Assembly: GCA_026706075.1 (NCBI GenBank)
Contig: JAPOZM010000040.1
Coordinates: forward strand, 72,723-136,722
DNA: 64,000 nucleotides
Origin: Gemmatimonadaceae bacterium
Lineage (GTDB): Bacteria; Latescibacterota; UBA2968; UBA8231
Direction: 5' to 3'
Position numbers and translations under genes: made by a program. The notes under the pieces were generated by a model that made no database searches, had not been told where the DNA came from, and saw only the letters and a program-made list of their open reading frames with translations. Shown piece after piece: positions 1 through 9,406 of this stretch. Position 1 is the first letter of the stretch; every line of letters begins with the position of its first letter.

Positions 1-589
1 CCCTGGCCTGGGCCTCCTGGAAGACCTCGCTCTCGAACTCGAAGTGCACCCCGAGGGAAAAGGACAGGTCCACGGGCCCGATGACGGGGAAGTCGACGCC
101 GTCCACGGCGAGGATGGCCTCGATGGCGTCCACGGCGGGGGCCGACTCGATGATGGGGATGAAGCTCACCAAGTCGTCGATCTTCTCGAGGTACTCGGCG
201 GTCCGCAGTCCGTACCCGCCGGCGCGGTGGGGGCCGAAGCTGCGTATCCCCCGGGGCGGGTAGCGGCAGGACTGGGCGCCGAACTCCGCGTCCTCCGGGG
301 TCTCGACGAAGGCCGCCATGATGCCCAGGGCTCCCATGTCGAGGTAGAGGCGGATCTGCTCCTCGTCGACCCGCGGCAGGCGCACCACGGGGGTGGCCGG
401 GGTGTTGCCGAGGGCCTGGAGCTGGGCCTGGATGCCGTCCGGCGTCTGGGGCGCGTGCTCCGAGTCGATGACGATCCAGTCGAACCCCGCATGACCGAAC
501 ATCTCGGCGATCGCCGGCGATCCGAAGCGCAACTGGGCGCCCACCGCCGCCCGCCCCTCGGCGAGGCGTTCCTTCAGGCGGCAGTTCAC
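1..589 (-). CDS. HpcH/HpaI aldolase/citrate lyase family protein (3' end runs off the window)
   Basis: Not in the ORF track. Manual translation from GTG at 589 (overlaps the upstream stop as GTGA): MNCRLKERLAEGRAAVGAQLRFGSPAIAEMFGHAGFDWIVIDSEHAP...LDMGALGIM...RYPPRGIRSFGP...IIES...IGPVDLS. These are typical HpcH aldolase motifs. Confidence 0.88.
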   Translation of the reverse strand, partial: MNCRLKERLAEGRAAVGAQLRFGSPAIAEMFGHAGFDWIVIDSEHAPQTPDGIQAQLQALGNTPATPVVRLPRVDEEQIRLYLDMGALGIMAAFVETPEDAEFGAQSCRYPPRGIRSFGPHRAGGYGLRTAEYLEKIDDLVSFIPIIESAPAVDAIEAILAVDGVDFPVIGPVDLSFSLGVHFEFESEVFQEAQAR

Positions 590-1566
590 GACGCCCCGCC
601 GTCGATGCGGTAGAGGGGCTCCAGGCCGGCGGCGACGCGGTCCACGTTCTCGGCGGCGCAGGCCGCCCGCTTGCGGGAGGTCTCGACGGTGGCCCCCGCG
701 ATGTGGGTCGTGACCACGACGTTGGGCAGGGCGTACACGGGATCCGCGGGGTCCGGCGGCTCCTTGCCGAAGACGTCCAGGCCGGCGCCCCCGATCCGTC
801 CGGCGAGGAGCGCTTCCGACAGGGCCTCCTCGTCCACCAGGGCGCCGCGGGCGACGTTGATCAGGCAGGCCGAGGGCTTCATCAGGGCGAGCCTCCGGGC
901 GTCGATCAGGTGCCGGGTGCTGTCGTTCAGGGGCAGGTGCAGGGCGAGGTAGTCGCTGGCCGCCACCACCTCGTCGAGCCGGTCGTCGCCGAGGACGAAC
1001 TCGGCGCCCAGCTCGTCGAGCACCTCCGCCTCGATGGGGCGCACGTCCAGGCCCAGGACGCGCAGCCCGAAGGGCCGGGCCCGCCGCGCCAGCTCCTGGC
1101 CGCTGGCCCCGAAGCCGATGATCCCCAGGGTGCGGCCCTCCAGCTCATGGCTCAGCGGCTGGTAGAACGTGCCCTCGCGGAAGAGTCGGTCGCTCTCGCG
1201 GTAGCGCCGCGCCAGCATGAGGATGAACATCATGGCCATCTCGGCCAGGGCCGTGCCGCTGAAGGGGCCGGGGCAGTTGGCCGCCGGGATCCCCTTCGAC
1301 TTGACGTACTCCAGGTCGAAGTGGTCGAACCCCGTCCCCAGGACCTGCCAAAGCCGCGCCGAGACGGCGGCGTCCATCATCGCCCGGGTGCTGACGCTGC
1401 CGCCCTGGTCGATGACCGCCTCGACCCCGGCGAACTGCTCCTCCAGGGGCCGGCCGGGGTCGAGCACGGCCAGGTCGTGGCGGTCGCCGACAGCCTCGAT
1501 CACGTCGCGGCCCCAAGGCTCGAACATGCCCTCCATCTGCAGCAGCAGGACCTTCAATCGTCTCAT
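586..1566 (-). CDS. D-isomer specific 2-hydroxyacid dehydrogenase (SerA/GhrB-like)
   Basis: GIIGFGASG Rossmann motif, LINVARGALVDE, GAGLDVF.KEP and TTHIAG catalytic His motif. Confidence 0.92.
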   Translation of the reverse strand: MRRLKVLLLQMEGMFEPWGRDVIEAVGDRHDLAVLDPGRPLEEQFAGVEAVIDQGGSVSTRAMMDAAVSARLWQVLGTGFDHFDLEYVKSKGIPAANCPGPFSGTALAEMAMMFILMLARRYRESDRLFREGTFYQPLSHELEGRTLGIIGFGASGQELARRARPFGLRVLGLDVRPIEAEVLDELGAEFVLGDDRLDEVVAASDYLALHLPLNDSTRHLIDARRLALMKPSACLINVARGALVDEEALSEALLAGRIGGAGLDVFGKEPPDPADPVYALPNVVVTTHIAGATVETSRKRAACAAENVDRVAAGLEPLYRIDGGAS

Positions 1567-2423
1567 GCCTCACTCCTCACTGGCGCCTCGGCGCCGTGCT
1601 CCTCCAGCCAGGCCCGCAACGGCACGTCCTCGGGCTTCGGCGAGGTGTAGCCGTGGCCCCCCGAGTGGGAGACCCCGAGCAGTTGCTTGCGGATGGGATC
1701 GCAGCGGTCCAGGTAGTGCTCCACGGTCATGTCGTCGCGAGGCCGCAGCCAGCGGTACGAGTAGCCGTAGAACAGGACCCGCCTCGCCTCGTGCCAGTAG
1801 TTGGCGCTGCCCGAGTGCCACAGGCGGCGGTCGAAGAACACGGCCGTGCCCGGTGCCACGCGGACGGCCACGGCGCCGTCCACCCGCGTGTTGCGGTCCG
1901 GCCCCGGGAACTCGTTGCGCAGGTGCGACCCGGGCACCACGTAGAAGTTGCCCCGGCCCTCCTCGCTCGTGTCGGTCAGGAAGTAGCCCACCTTCAACGA
2001 CACGCGGGGCCGCGGCTCGGTCTCGAGATCCTGGTTCAGCAGGCCCGTGTCCTGGTGCCAGCCGAGGCCGAGGCCGTCCTCGGCGAGGGTGCGTCCGGCC
2101 GGCTCCGGGGGCGTGACCGTCATGTGCGTGTGGTAGAGCTGGATGTGCCAACCCAGGATACCCCAGACCTTCGGGAAGGTCTTCCCCCAGTCGAGCAACT
2201 CCAGGAAGATCACGTCCCGGCCGATGAAGTCGAGGTGGTTGGTGCGCTCGCCGGGGCCCTTGCCCTGGCGTTCGCGCTCCTCGCGGTCGATGCGTTCGCA
2301 GGCCGCGAGCAGGCGCTGCAGGAGGCCCTCCGGGATGGCCTCCTCGACGACGAGGAAGCCGTCGCGCTCGAACCGCCGCGACTCCTCCGGCGTCAGTGTG
2401 TGGGCGAGATGACGAGGGTCCAT
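1563..2423 (-). CDS. Phytanoyl-CoA dioxygenase (PhyH) family Fe(II)/2OG dioxygenase
   Basis: FERDGFLVVE, WHQD (HxD), VVPGSH and RLWHSG (distal His). Confidence 0.9.
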   Translation of the reverse strand: MDPRHLAHTLTPEESRRFERDGFLVVEEAIPEGLLQRLLAACERIDREERERQGKGPGERTNHLDFIGRDVIFLELLDWGKTFPKVWGILGWHIQLYHTHMTVTPPEPAGRTLAEDGLGLGWHQDTGLLNQDLETEPRPRVSLKVGYFLTDTSEEGRGNFYVVPGSHLRNEFPGPDRNTRVDGAVAVRVAPGTAVFFDRRLWHSGSANYWHEARRVLFYGYSYRWLRPRDDMTVEHYLDRCDPIRKQLLGVSHSGGHGYTSPKPEDVPLRAWLEEHGAEAPVRSEA

Positions 2424-2557
2424 CCCAACCTCCGGTGAGTGGTCGAAGGGAAGCAGGTCTCAGCGCTGCAAGGTAAGAAAACCGGGTCCCCCGGGGCGCC
2501 GGTCCGGCGCCGCCGCCTCCTTGACCGGACCCCGCACACCCCTGATCCTTCCCCCTC

Positions 2558-3025
2558 ATGATCAAGCCCCAGGAACCGATCGGCGAGCAGCCGCAGGCCA
2601 AGGCGAAGAAGGGCATCACCTTCGGCGCCTTCGACCTCTTCCACGCCGGCCACGTGCTCATGCTGCAGGAGGCCAAGACGGTCTGCGACCACCTGATCGT
2701 CTGCATCCAGACCGACCCCACCATCGACCGCCCCGGGAAGAACAAGCCGATCCAGAGCATCGTCGAGCGCCAGATCCAGGTGTCGGCCTGCAAGTACGTG
2801 GACGAGATCATCGTCTACGACACCGAGGCCGACGTCGTCGAGATCCTGCGCTCCGTCGACTGGGACGTCCGCATCCTCGGGGACGAGTACCGGGACACCG
2901 ACTTCACCGGCCGCGAGGAGTCCCTGGACCGCTGCTACTTCAACACCCGGCCCCACACCTTCTCCAGCTCCGAGCTGCGGCTGCGGGTGGCCCGCGAGAC
3001 GAAGGAGCCCGAGGACGAGGGTTGA
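2558..3025 (+). CDS. Cytidylyltransferase (glycerol-3-phosphate cytidylyltransferase TagD-like)
   Basis: ITFGAFDLFHAGH (HxGH motif), CKYVDEII, C-terminal R...SSSELR. Confidence 0.85.
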   Translation: MIKPQEPIGEQPQAKAKKGITFGAFDLFHAGHVLMLQEAKTVCDHLIVCIQTDPTIDRPGKNKPIQSIVERQIQVSACKYVDEIIVYDTEADVVEILRSVDWDVRILGDEYRDTDFTGREESLDRCYFNTRPHTFSSSELRLRVARETKEPEDEG

Positions 3026-3038
3026 GGCGTACCTCGGG

Positions 3039-4577
3039 TCAGTGCAGGAGCGTCAGCTTGCGGCTGTCCTGCACGCCGTCGATGGACAGCACGAGGAAAT
3101 AGGTGCCCGAGGCCTGACGCCGGCCCTCCCGGTCGCGGCCGTCCCAGACATACTGGTAGTCCCCCGCCGGCCGCTCGGCCTCGGCGGCCAGCACCCGCAC
3201 CCGTTGCCCCAGCTCGTCGTAGATGCGCACCGAGACGTTCGCCGATTGGTCCAAGTGGTAGGCGAGGGTGACCGAGGCATTGGAGGGATTCGGATAGAGG
3301 CGCAGGGAGGGGCTTCCCCCTTCCGGGTGGCTCGGGGAGGAGTCCTGGTCGACCGTCTCGATGCTCGTGGGCACCGCGGGCTCGCTGACGCCGCAGATGC
3401 GGCGCAGGAAGGAGAACGTGCCTCCGTCCCACGAGTAGCTCGACGGCGGATACATGGCGACGAGGAGATCGCCCTCCGGCGCAAGTAGCACGAGAAAGGG
3501 TTCCCAGATCGGGGCGTCCAGGGCCGGCCCGCCGTCGCCCATCTGGTCGCGGCAACGGTGCCGCGAGAGCCGCTTTCCCGCCGCCACCCGTTTCCCAGCG
3601 AAGCAGGCCGGGATGTATCTATAGTCCCTCCCGTCCCCCGCGATCGTTTCGAGGATTCCGTCGGCGCCCACGCGGTGAATGCGGCCGGATTCGAAATCAG
3701 GGAGATACAGCACGCCCCGGGCATCGATGACGAAGTCGAAGACCCTGAGAGGCGTCTCCGATCCGGCGACGACCTCGAGGGTGCCGTCGTCAAGAAGGCG
3801 ATAGATCTTTCGACCGTTGGCGAAGTACAGTCTCCCCTCAGCATCCAGCCGCAAGGCCCCTGCCCAACTCACCACCCGCAGCCAGGAGACGACTCCCTGC
3901 GTATCGATGCGTTGGATGCCTCCCATCCCGCCGACGAGCAAGTGGCCCCCGGGTTCGAAGAGCAGCGAAGAGAAGGGACCGGACTCGACCCGGGCGGCAA
4001 AGGTGGTCACTTGCCCGTCCGCTTCGAGCCGGGCGATGCGGGCCTCCGTCCTGAGGGTTCCTCGGCGGTTGACATAGTCGACGAAGTAGAGCCGGCCCTG
4101 CCGGTCGAAGGCCATCGGCCCCGGGGCAATGCGCGCCTCCAGGGCCGCCACCGTGTCCTGCAGGACATTGGTCTCTCGTAGCAGCGGCTCCCGCCAGCCG
4201 TCGGCGTCGGTTTCGCGGGCCGAGTACTGCGGTACGCCGACGATGCGGGTGGCAGTGCCATCGTCTTCGAGACGGTAGATGATCGTCATGTCGGCCACAT
4301 GGACGCGCCCCTGGGGACCCAGGGCCAGGGCCTGCGGATAGTAGCTGCGGTAGTCCGGCTCGGCCACCAGATCCACAACGCCTTCCAGAAAGCTCAGGGG
4401 TTCCGGCGGATAGATCTTGTAGTCCCTGAAGGCGGCAATGTAGTCGCCGCCGTCCGGGGCGGTCACCGTGGTGATGGTCCCGGGTGGGCCGCAGGGCGGC
4501 AGGGCCCACCCAAGGGACCCCGGCCCCAGCGACCCGAGAACGACGAGGACAACCCAGTACCGATGCCTGGCGACCAC
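3039..4577 (-). CDS. Secreted NHL-repeat beta-propeller protein with C-terminal FlgD-Ig / T9SS type-A-like domain (paralog A)
   Basis: Signal peptide, NHL/teneurin-like repeats (GDGGPALDA, G.LETIAG), C-terminal YPNPSN...IYDELGQRVRVL...WDGRDREGR..ASGTYF...SRKLTLLH. Confidence 0.85.
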   Translation of the reverse strand: MVARHRYWVVLVVLGSLGPGSLGWALPPCGPPGTITTVTAPDGGDYIAAFRDYKIYPPEPLSFLEGVVDLVAEPDYRSYYPQALALGPQGRVHVADMTIIYRLEDDGTATRIVGVPQYSARETDADGWREPLLRETNVLQDTVAALEARIAPGPMAFDRQGRLYFVDYVNRRGTLRTEARIARLEADGQVTTFAARVESGPFSSLLFEPGGHLLVGGMGGIQRIDTQGVVSWLRVVSWAGALRLDAEGRLYFANGRKIYRLLDDGTLEVVAGSETPLRVFDFVIDARGVLYLPDFESGRIHRVGADGILETIAGDGRDYRYIPACFAGKRVAAGKRLSRHRCRDQMGDGGPALDAPIWEPFLVLLAPEGDLLVAMYPPSSYSWDGGTFSFLRRICGVSEPAVPTSIETVDQDSSPSHPEGGSPSLRLYPNPSNASVTLAYHLDQSANVSVRIYDELGQRVRVLAAEAERPAGDYQYVWDGRDREGRRQASGTYFLVLSIDGVQDSRKLTLLH

Positions 4578-4862
4578 GGCCCGCCGCCCCTCAGTGCAGG
4601 AGCGTCAGCTTGCGACTCTCCGGCACGCCATCGACGGAGAGCACGAGGAAATAAGTGCCCGACGCCTGACGCCGGCCCTCCCGGTCGCGGCCGTCCCAGA
4701 CATGCTGGTAGTCCCCCGCCGGCCGCTCGGCCTCCGCCGCCAGCACCCGCACCCGTTGCCCCAACTCGTCGTAGATGTGCACCGAGACGTTGGCTGATCG
4801 CTCCAAGTGGTAGGCGAGGGTAACCGCGGCATTGGAGGGGTTCGGGTAGAGGCGCAGGGAGG
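3039..4862. repeat. Direct repeat of about 270 bp encoding the C-terminal domains of the two NHL paralogs (copies ~3039-3310 and ~4591-4862)
   Basis: By eye both copies start TCAGTGCAGGAGCGTCAGCTTGCG and share long identical runs. The 5' ~125 bp of the genes (~4450-4577 vs ~6128-6252) are likewise near-identical. Confidence 0.85.
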
Positions 4863-6252
4863 GGAACGTGCCCGCCGAGACGCTCGCCGAGGGGGTCTCC
4901 TGGACCGCCTCGACAGCGGTGGGGAGCGCCCACTCACTCACGCTACAGACGCGACGCAACTGCGAAAACTCCCCCCCGCCCCAATACCCACTGCCGTATT
5001 CGCGAGTCGCAACCACCAAGAGATCGCCGTCTTGGGTAAGGAGCATGGTCCAAGGTCCCCAGATGTGAGCCTCCAGGGCCGGACCGCCATCACCGATACC
5101 TGCAAAGCAAGGATTAGCTCGCACTTCACCTTGCACCACGGGCTTGTCGGAGGAGCTGCAGCCCGGTACCGTGTAGATCTCTCTCCCGTTGCCAGCAATG
5201 GTCTCGATGGTGCCGTCCGGCCGGACCCGATGAATGCGATCGAGGTAGTAGTCGCTGATGTACAGAGTGCCCAGTTGGTCGACACCCAGGTAACTCGGCT
5301 TGAGCAACTTCGCGCCGGGAGGATCCGTGATATACCTGCCCCCCATTCCATCTCTGGCTCTGTCCAACCTTTCGGACGGTCTGCCCTCCACTCCCGAGAC
5401 GACGACGTCGATCGTGCCGTCCACGTGGCGGCGGAAGACCCGATAGCCCACCGAGAAATACAGCGATCCTTGCGGACCGATGACCATGCTACTCGGCCTC
5501 ATTCTCTTTGGAGCGTCCTTCTCCCTCCACGTTTCATAGCTGTCGGTGATTCGCTCCCCGTTGCGATCTGTGGCCGTAGAGTCCAGCAGCGTCGTGACGA
5601 CCCCTTCGGCATCGATCTGACGTATGCGGCCGTTGCCATAGTCCATGACCAGAAGATTGTCCTCGAGATCGAACACCATCGCACTTCTCTTGAACCCCGG
5701 GGAGCTGGCGAAGCGAAAGGTGGCCTCTCTGGCCGGTCCACCGTCGCCGCTGGAACCGAGCTCGCCGGTCCCAGCGAAGGTGACCACCTGCCCATTCGCC
5801 TCCACACGCGCTATGCGCACCGGCCAACCGCACACCTGGTTGGGACATGTCCAGTAGGCATAGTCGACAAAGTACAGCCGGCCGGCCCTGTCGAAGGCCA
5901 TCGCGCCCGGGATGATGCGAGCCTCCAGCGCCGCCACGCTGTCGACAAATACATTGTCCCTCTGCTCCTTACGGGTCTGGGGGACCCCCACGACGCGCGT
6001 GGCCGTGCCGTCGGCTTCGAGACGGTAGATGATCGTGTCGTCGGCCACGTAGAGGCGTCCTGCCGGGTCTGACGCCAGGAACTTGGGCACATAGCTCTTA
6101 TAGTCGCTGAAGGCGGCCAGGTGATCGCCGTCCGGGGCGGTCACCGTGGTGATGGTGCCCGGTGGGCCGCACGGCGGCAGGGCCCACCCAAGGGACCCCG
6201 GCCCCAGCGACCCGAGAAGGAGGACAACACAGTAGCGCTGCCTGGCGACCAT
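4591..6252 (-). CDS. Secreted NHL-repeat beta-propeller protein with C-terminal FlgD-Ig / T9SS type-A-like domain (paralog B)
   Basis: Same N-terminus (WALPPCGPPGTITTVTAPDG) and C-terminal domain as 3039-4577; repeats FAGTGELGSSGDGGPAREA and GDGGPALEA. Confidence 0.85.
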   Translation of the reverse strand: MVARQRYCVVLLLGSLGPGSLGWALPPCGPPGTITTVTAPDGDHLAAFSDYKSYVPKFLASDPAGRLYVADDTIIYRLEADGTATRVVGVPQTRKEQRDNVFVDSVAALEARIIPGAMAFDRAGRLYFVDYAYWTCPNQVCGWPVRIARVEANGQVVTFAGTGELGSSGDGGPAREATFRFASSPGFKRSAMVFDLEDNLLVMDYGNGRIRQIDAEGVVTTLLDSTATDRNGERITDSYETWREKDAPKRMRPSSMVIGPQGSLYFSVGYRVFRRHVDGTIDVVVSGVEGRPSERLDRARDGMGGRYITDPPGAKLLKPSYLGVDQLGTLYISDYYLDRIHRVRPDGTIETIAGNGREIYTVPGCSSSDKPVVQGEVRANPCFAGIGDGGPALEAHIWGPWTMLLTQDGDLLVVATREYGSGYWGGGEFSQLRRVCSVSEWALPTAVEAVQETPSASVSAGTFPSLRLYPNPSNAAVTLAYHLERSANVSVHIYDELGQRVRVLAAEAERPAGDYQHVWDGRDREGRRQASGTYFLVLSVDGVPESRKLTLLH

Positions 6253-6263
6253 GGCCCCCTACC

Positions 6264-6614
6264 TCAGTCGAGGATCTCCTCCACCCGCTCTTCCGGCCGG
6301 GCGATGACCGCCCGGTCCCCGCGCACGCAGATGGGCCGTTGCATCACCCCCGGGTGCTCCAGCAGAAGCCCCACGAGGGCGTCGGCCGAGGCGTAGTCGT
6401 CCAGGTCGAGGCCGAGCTCCTCGAAGGAGCCCGGGTGGATCATCTCCCGGGGGTCGCAGCCGAGCAGCTCGAGGAACCTCCTCAGCTGCGCCTCGTCCGG
6501 CGGGTGGTGCAGGTACTCGACGACGTCGAACTCGACGCCTCGGGCGCGCAGGATCTCCATTGCGCCCCTCGACTTGCTTCAGCCGGGGTTGTGGTAGAGG
6601 GTGATCCTGTCCAC
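6264..6614 (-). CDS. ArsC/Spx-family protein, selenoprotein (in-frame UGA at the catalytic Cys position)
   Basis: GTG at 6614 follows an AAGGAG RBS. It reads MDRITLYHNPG-TGA(6581-6579)-SKSRGAMEIL, in frame with the 98-aa ORF 6264-6560. This matches ArsC IYHNPxCSKSR with C replaced by U. MQRPI and IARP are retained. Confidence 0.88.
6540..6572 (-). promoter_or_regulatory. Candidate bacterial SECIS hairpin downstream of the ArsC UGA
   Basis: GCGCA (6565-6561) pairs with TGCGC (6550-6546) and encloses ATGGAGATCC. The stem begins 13 nt after the UGA, with possible lower pairing TCG.GG/CCCGA. Confidence 0.45.
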
Positions 6615-6637
6615 GGCGGTTTCTCCTTTCGTTCGAG

Positions 6638-8020
6638 CTATTCGAAGAGCAGCACCCCGAAGCGGTCGGGGCGGTGGGCGTTGCCGTAGGTCGGCACCCA
6701 CTGGCCGTACTCCGAGGCGTTGCCGATGCGCACGCGGGCCACGTTGAAGCCCCACTCCACGCCCGCCGCGGCGGGGCCCTCCTCCAGCTGCGCCGTCGGG
6801 ATCGCCGCCTCGACGACCCAGAAGGTGTCGGCCACGGCGGTGCCCACCTCGATGGCGCCGGTCCATGAGTCGCCGGGCCGTCGGGGCCCGTGGTGGCTGT
6901 CCTTGATCGTGCCGAGGGTGTTGAGGATGAAGTGATAGAACGACTGGCTGTCGCGGTTGGTGTCGATGAAGATCTCCAGGCAGTCGTCGGTGTGGACGTC
7001 GCCGTCGCGCTGCGTCTCCGCCGCCGCCAGGTTTGCCGTGGTCGGCTCGTAACCCTTCACGGCGACGAAGAGGGTGTCGGCGCGGTAGCCGATCCAGGCC
7101 TCCGAGCGGCCCTCGGTGGGCCGCACCGTGAGCCGCCAGATGCACTGGTAGAACTCGGTCAGCGGCTGCACCTGGCGCCACGCCGGCTCGTCGAGAACGC
7201 CATCGATGCGCGGGCTCTGCTTCAGTGCGGGCACCCGCGCCACCATGCCGAGGCGCTCCAGGTACTCCCGGCCGCGCCCCGGGTCGCCGTTGGCGTAGAA
7301 CAGCTTCCCGAGCTTCTGGTGGATGTTGACGCTCCCCGGCGCCAGCTCCAGGGCCGAGAGCAGCAGCTCCTCGGCGCCGGCCGCGTCGGCGGCCAGGAAG
7401 AGCCTCTCCGCCTCCCCGGCCAGGTCCTCGGCCAGCACCTCCAGCCACTCCCGGGCGGCCTCGCGCAGTTCCTCCGGCGGCCCCGAGGCGATCAGCTCCT
7501 GCAGCAGGGCGGCGAAGCTCTCCTTCTGGGCCGGATCCAGCACGTCGGGGTCCACCCGGGTGCCCCAGTCGTCGTGCCAGTCGGAGGACATGAACTCGAG
7601 GGCGGCCAGGATCTCGCCCTTCATGGCCGGATCGGTCTCGGCCTCGAAGCGCGCCAGCAGGGGAGGGATGGCCTCGGGCCGCCGCAGGTTGCCGAGGGCG
7701 CGGGCCACGCCGGCGCGCACCCGCGGCTCCGGGTCCTCCAGGCCGGCCACGAGGCTGGCGAAGAGGCGGCCGTCGGCCTCGCGCAGGTAGAGCCGGTAGA
7801 GGGACTCGGCCAGGTCGGCGCGGGCCCTGGCCGGCAGGGACCGGTCCTCGAAGGCGGCGATCAGCGGATCGACGGCGGTGCCCTTGGCCATGTTCAGGGC
7901 CAGCCGCGCCTCCTCGAGATCGCCGTCGCCGTCGACGATGGTGTCGATGTGGCGCTGAACGGGATCGCCGCAGGCCGCCAGCCCGAGGACGCCTGCGAGG
8001 AGCAGGGCGCGGGGCCTCAC
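6638..8020 (-). CDS. Lipoprotein with HEAT repeats, TPR and C-terminal CBM9-like sugar-binding domain
   Basis: GTG at 8020 overlaps the upstream stop. Lipobox GLAAC; HEAT-like LEDPEPRVRAGVARALG; C-terminal PRIDGVLDEPAW...DDCLEIFID...WVVEAAIP...WGFNVAR...H.PDRFG. Confidence 0.75.
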   Translation of the reverse strand: MRPRALLLAGVLGLAACGDPVQRHIDTIVDGDGDLEEARLALNMAKGTAVDPLIAAFEDRSLPARARADLAESLYRLYLREADGRLFASLVAGLEDPEPRVRAGVARALGNLRRPEAIPPLLARFEAETDPAMKGEILAALEFMSSDWHDDWGTRVDPDVLDPAQKESFAALLQELIASGPPEELREAAREWLEVLAEDLAGEAERLFLAADAAGAEELLLSALELAPGSVNIHQKLGKLFYANGDPGRGREYLERLGMVARVPALKQSPRIDGVLDEPAWRQVQPLTEFYQCIWRLTVRPTEGRSEAWIGYRADTLFVAVKGYEPTTANLAAAETQRDGDVHTDDCLEIFIDTNRDSQSFYHFILNTLGTIKDSHHGPRRPGDSWTGAIEVGTAVADTFWVVEAAIPTAQLEEGPAAAGVEWGFNVARVRIGNASEYGQWVPTYGNAHRPDRFGVLLFE

Positions 8021-9399
8021 TTGATGTCGTAGCGCAGGAAGGAGAGGTAGGCGGCCATGAAGAACAGGACGGTCCAGGCCGCCAGGAGCATCACGTCGGG
8101 CAGGACCGCGGCCAGGCGTTCGGCCACGGGCGTGGGCTGGTAGACCCAGCGCGGACGGCCGCTGAGATCTTGCCGCTCCCGCCAGCGTTGCTCGGCCCAG
8201 GCGCGGCTGTAGAGCTCGGTCACGTAGACCGTCAGGCTGCGGCGGTACTCGGGCAGGCTCTGGCGGAAGCGCCGGTCCTCGGTGAGGCCGGCCCCGGTCA
8301 GCTCGGTGGCGGCGTAGGCGAAGGAGGAGAAGGGGGAGAGGCGCGACAGGTTCCGGGCCACCGACACCTGGGCGGCCAGCTCGTTGGCGTAGCGTCCCTC
8401 GATGCGGCCCTCGTCGTCGATCCTCTGCAGCACCCGCTTCTGCCAGCGCAGGTTCCACATCGCCCCCCAGCGGCCGTCGTCCCCCCAGCGCTCGATATCG
8501 GGGTTCTGTTCCTGGAACTCGTCGATCTCGGCAGCGAAGGCCTCGCCGGCGGCCTCGTCGCTGGCCGTCTTCTCCTCCTCCACCTCCATGAAGTTGCGCA
8601 GGGGCACCGCCTCGGCCGCCAGGTAGGGGGCCACGTTGGGGACCACCAGGATCATCAGCACCCAGGCCATGAGCAGGACCGTGATCGACGTCGAGGCCAG
8701 ATGGGTGCGGGTCGAGACCAGGATCCCCATCCCGTAGACGGCGGCCAGGTAGAGCAGGCCCACGGCAACCAGCAGCAGCAGGGCGATCCAGTCCTGTTCG
8801 CCGAGCTCGACGCCGGGGATCACCATGACCACCACGAGGGCGGCGGTCACGGCCAGCAGGAAGGGCGCCGTCAGGGCCAGGTAACCGCCCACCCACTTGG
8901 CCAGCAGCACCAGATCCCGGGGCGCCGAGTACGACATGAGCAGCTTGAGGGTGCCCGACTCCTTCTCGCCCGAGACCGCGTCGTAGCCGAAGGCGAGGGC
9001 CAGCAGGCTCATGACGACGCCGATGAAGAACAGCATGTCCACGGGCGGGAAGAGGTACGACACGGGGTTGACCTCGTGCTCCGCCTCGAAGATCGGCTGC
9101 TGCTCATGGGTGATCCGGGCCGAGACCACCAGCCTCGGGTCGATGCCGCGCACGAAGATCCGCATCGGGCTCAGGGGCTTGTCGACGACGACGCCGTCGT
9201 CCCAGATGTCGCCGCTCTCCTCGAGCTCGTTGTCGTGCATCACCACGTTGGTGCGGTAGTCGGCCAGGGCCTCCTTGTAGTCGCGGGTCAGCACCACGGC
9301 GCTGGAGAGGGTGATCACCAGGCAGATGATGCAGGCCATGGCGAAGCGCAGGCTCAACAGCTGCTCGAGCAGCTCCTTGCGGATCAGTTGGGCGAGCAC
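8017..9399 (-). CDS. ABC-2 type (NosY/GldF-like) transporter permease subunit
   Basis: LIRKEL, YDAVSGEKESGTLKLLMS..PRDLVLLAKW and FLRYDIK motifs; multiple TM helices. Confidence 0.85.
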   Translation of the reverse strand: MLAQLIRKELLEQLLSLRFAMACIICLVITLSSAVVLTRDYKEALADYRTNVVMHDNELEESGDIWDDGVVVDKPLSPMRIFVRGIDPRLVVSARITHEQQPIFEAEHEVNPVSYLFPPVDMLFFIGVVMSLLALAFGYDAVSGEKESGTLKLLMSYSAPRDLVLLAKWVGGYLALTAPFLLAVTAALVVVMVIPGVELGEQDWIALLLLVAVGLLYLAAVYGMGILVSTRTHLASTSITVLLMAWVLMILVVPNVAPYLAAEAVPLRNFMEVEEEKTASDEAAGEAFAAEIDEFQEQNPDIERWGDDGRWGAMWNLRWQKRVLQRIDDEGRIEGRYANELAAQVSVARNLSRLSPFSSFAYAATELTGAGLTEDRRFRQSLPEYRRSLTVYVTELYSRAWAEQRWRERQDLSGRPRWVYQPTPVAERLAAVLPDVMLLAAWTVLFFMAAYLSFLRYDIK

Positions 9400-9406
9400 G
9401 GCGTCC

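Noticed and set aside
2435-2470. GGTCGAAGGGAAGCAG resembling the SRP RNA domain IV motif
   Set aside because: It does not match the CAGG-CC-GGAA-GG-AAGCAG pattern, and no long flanking stem is evident.
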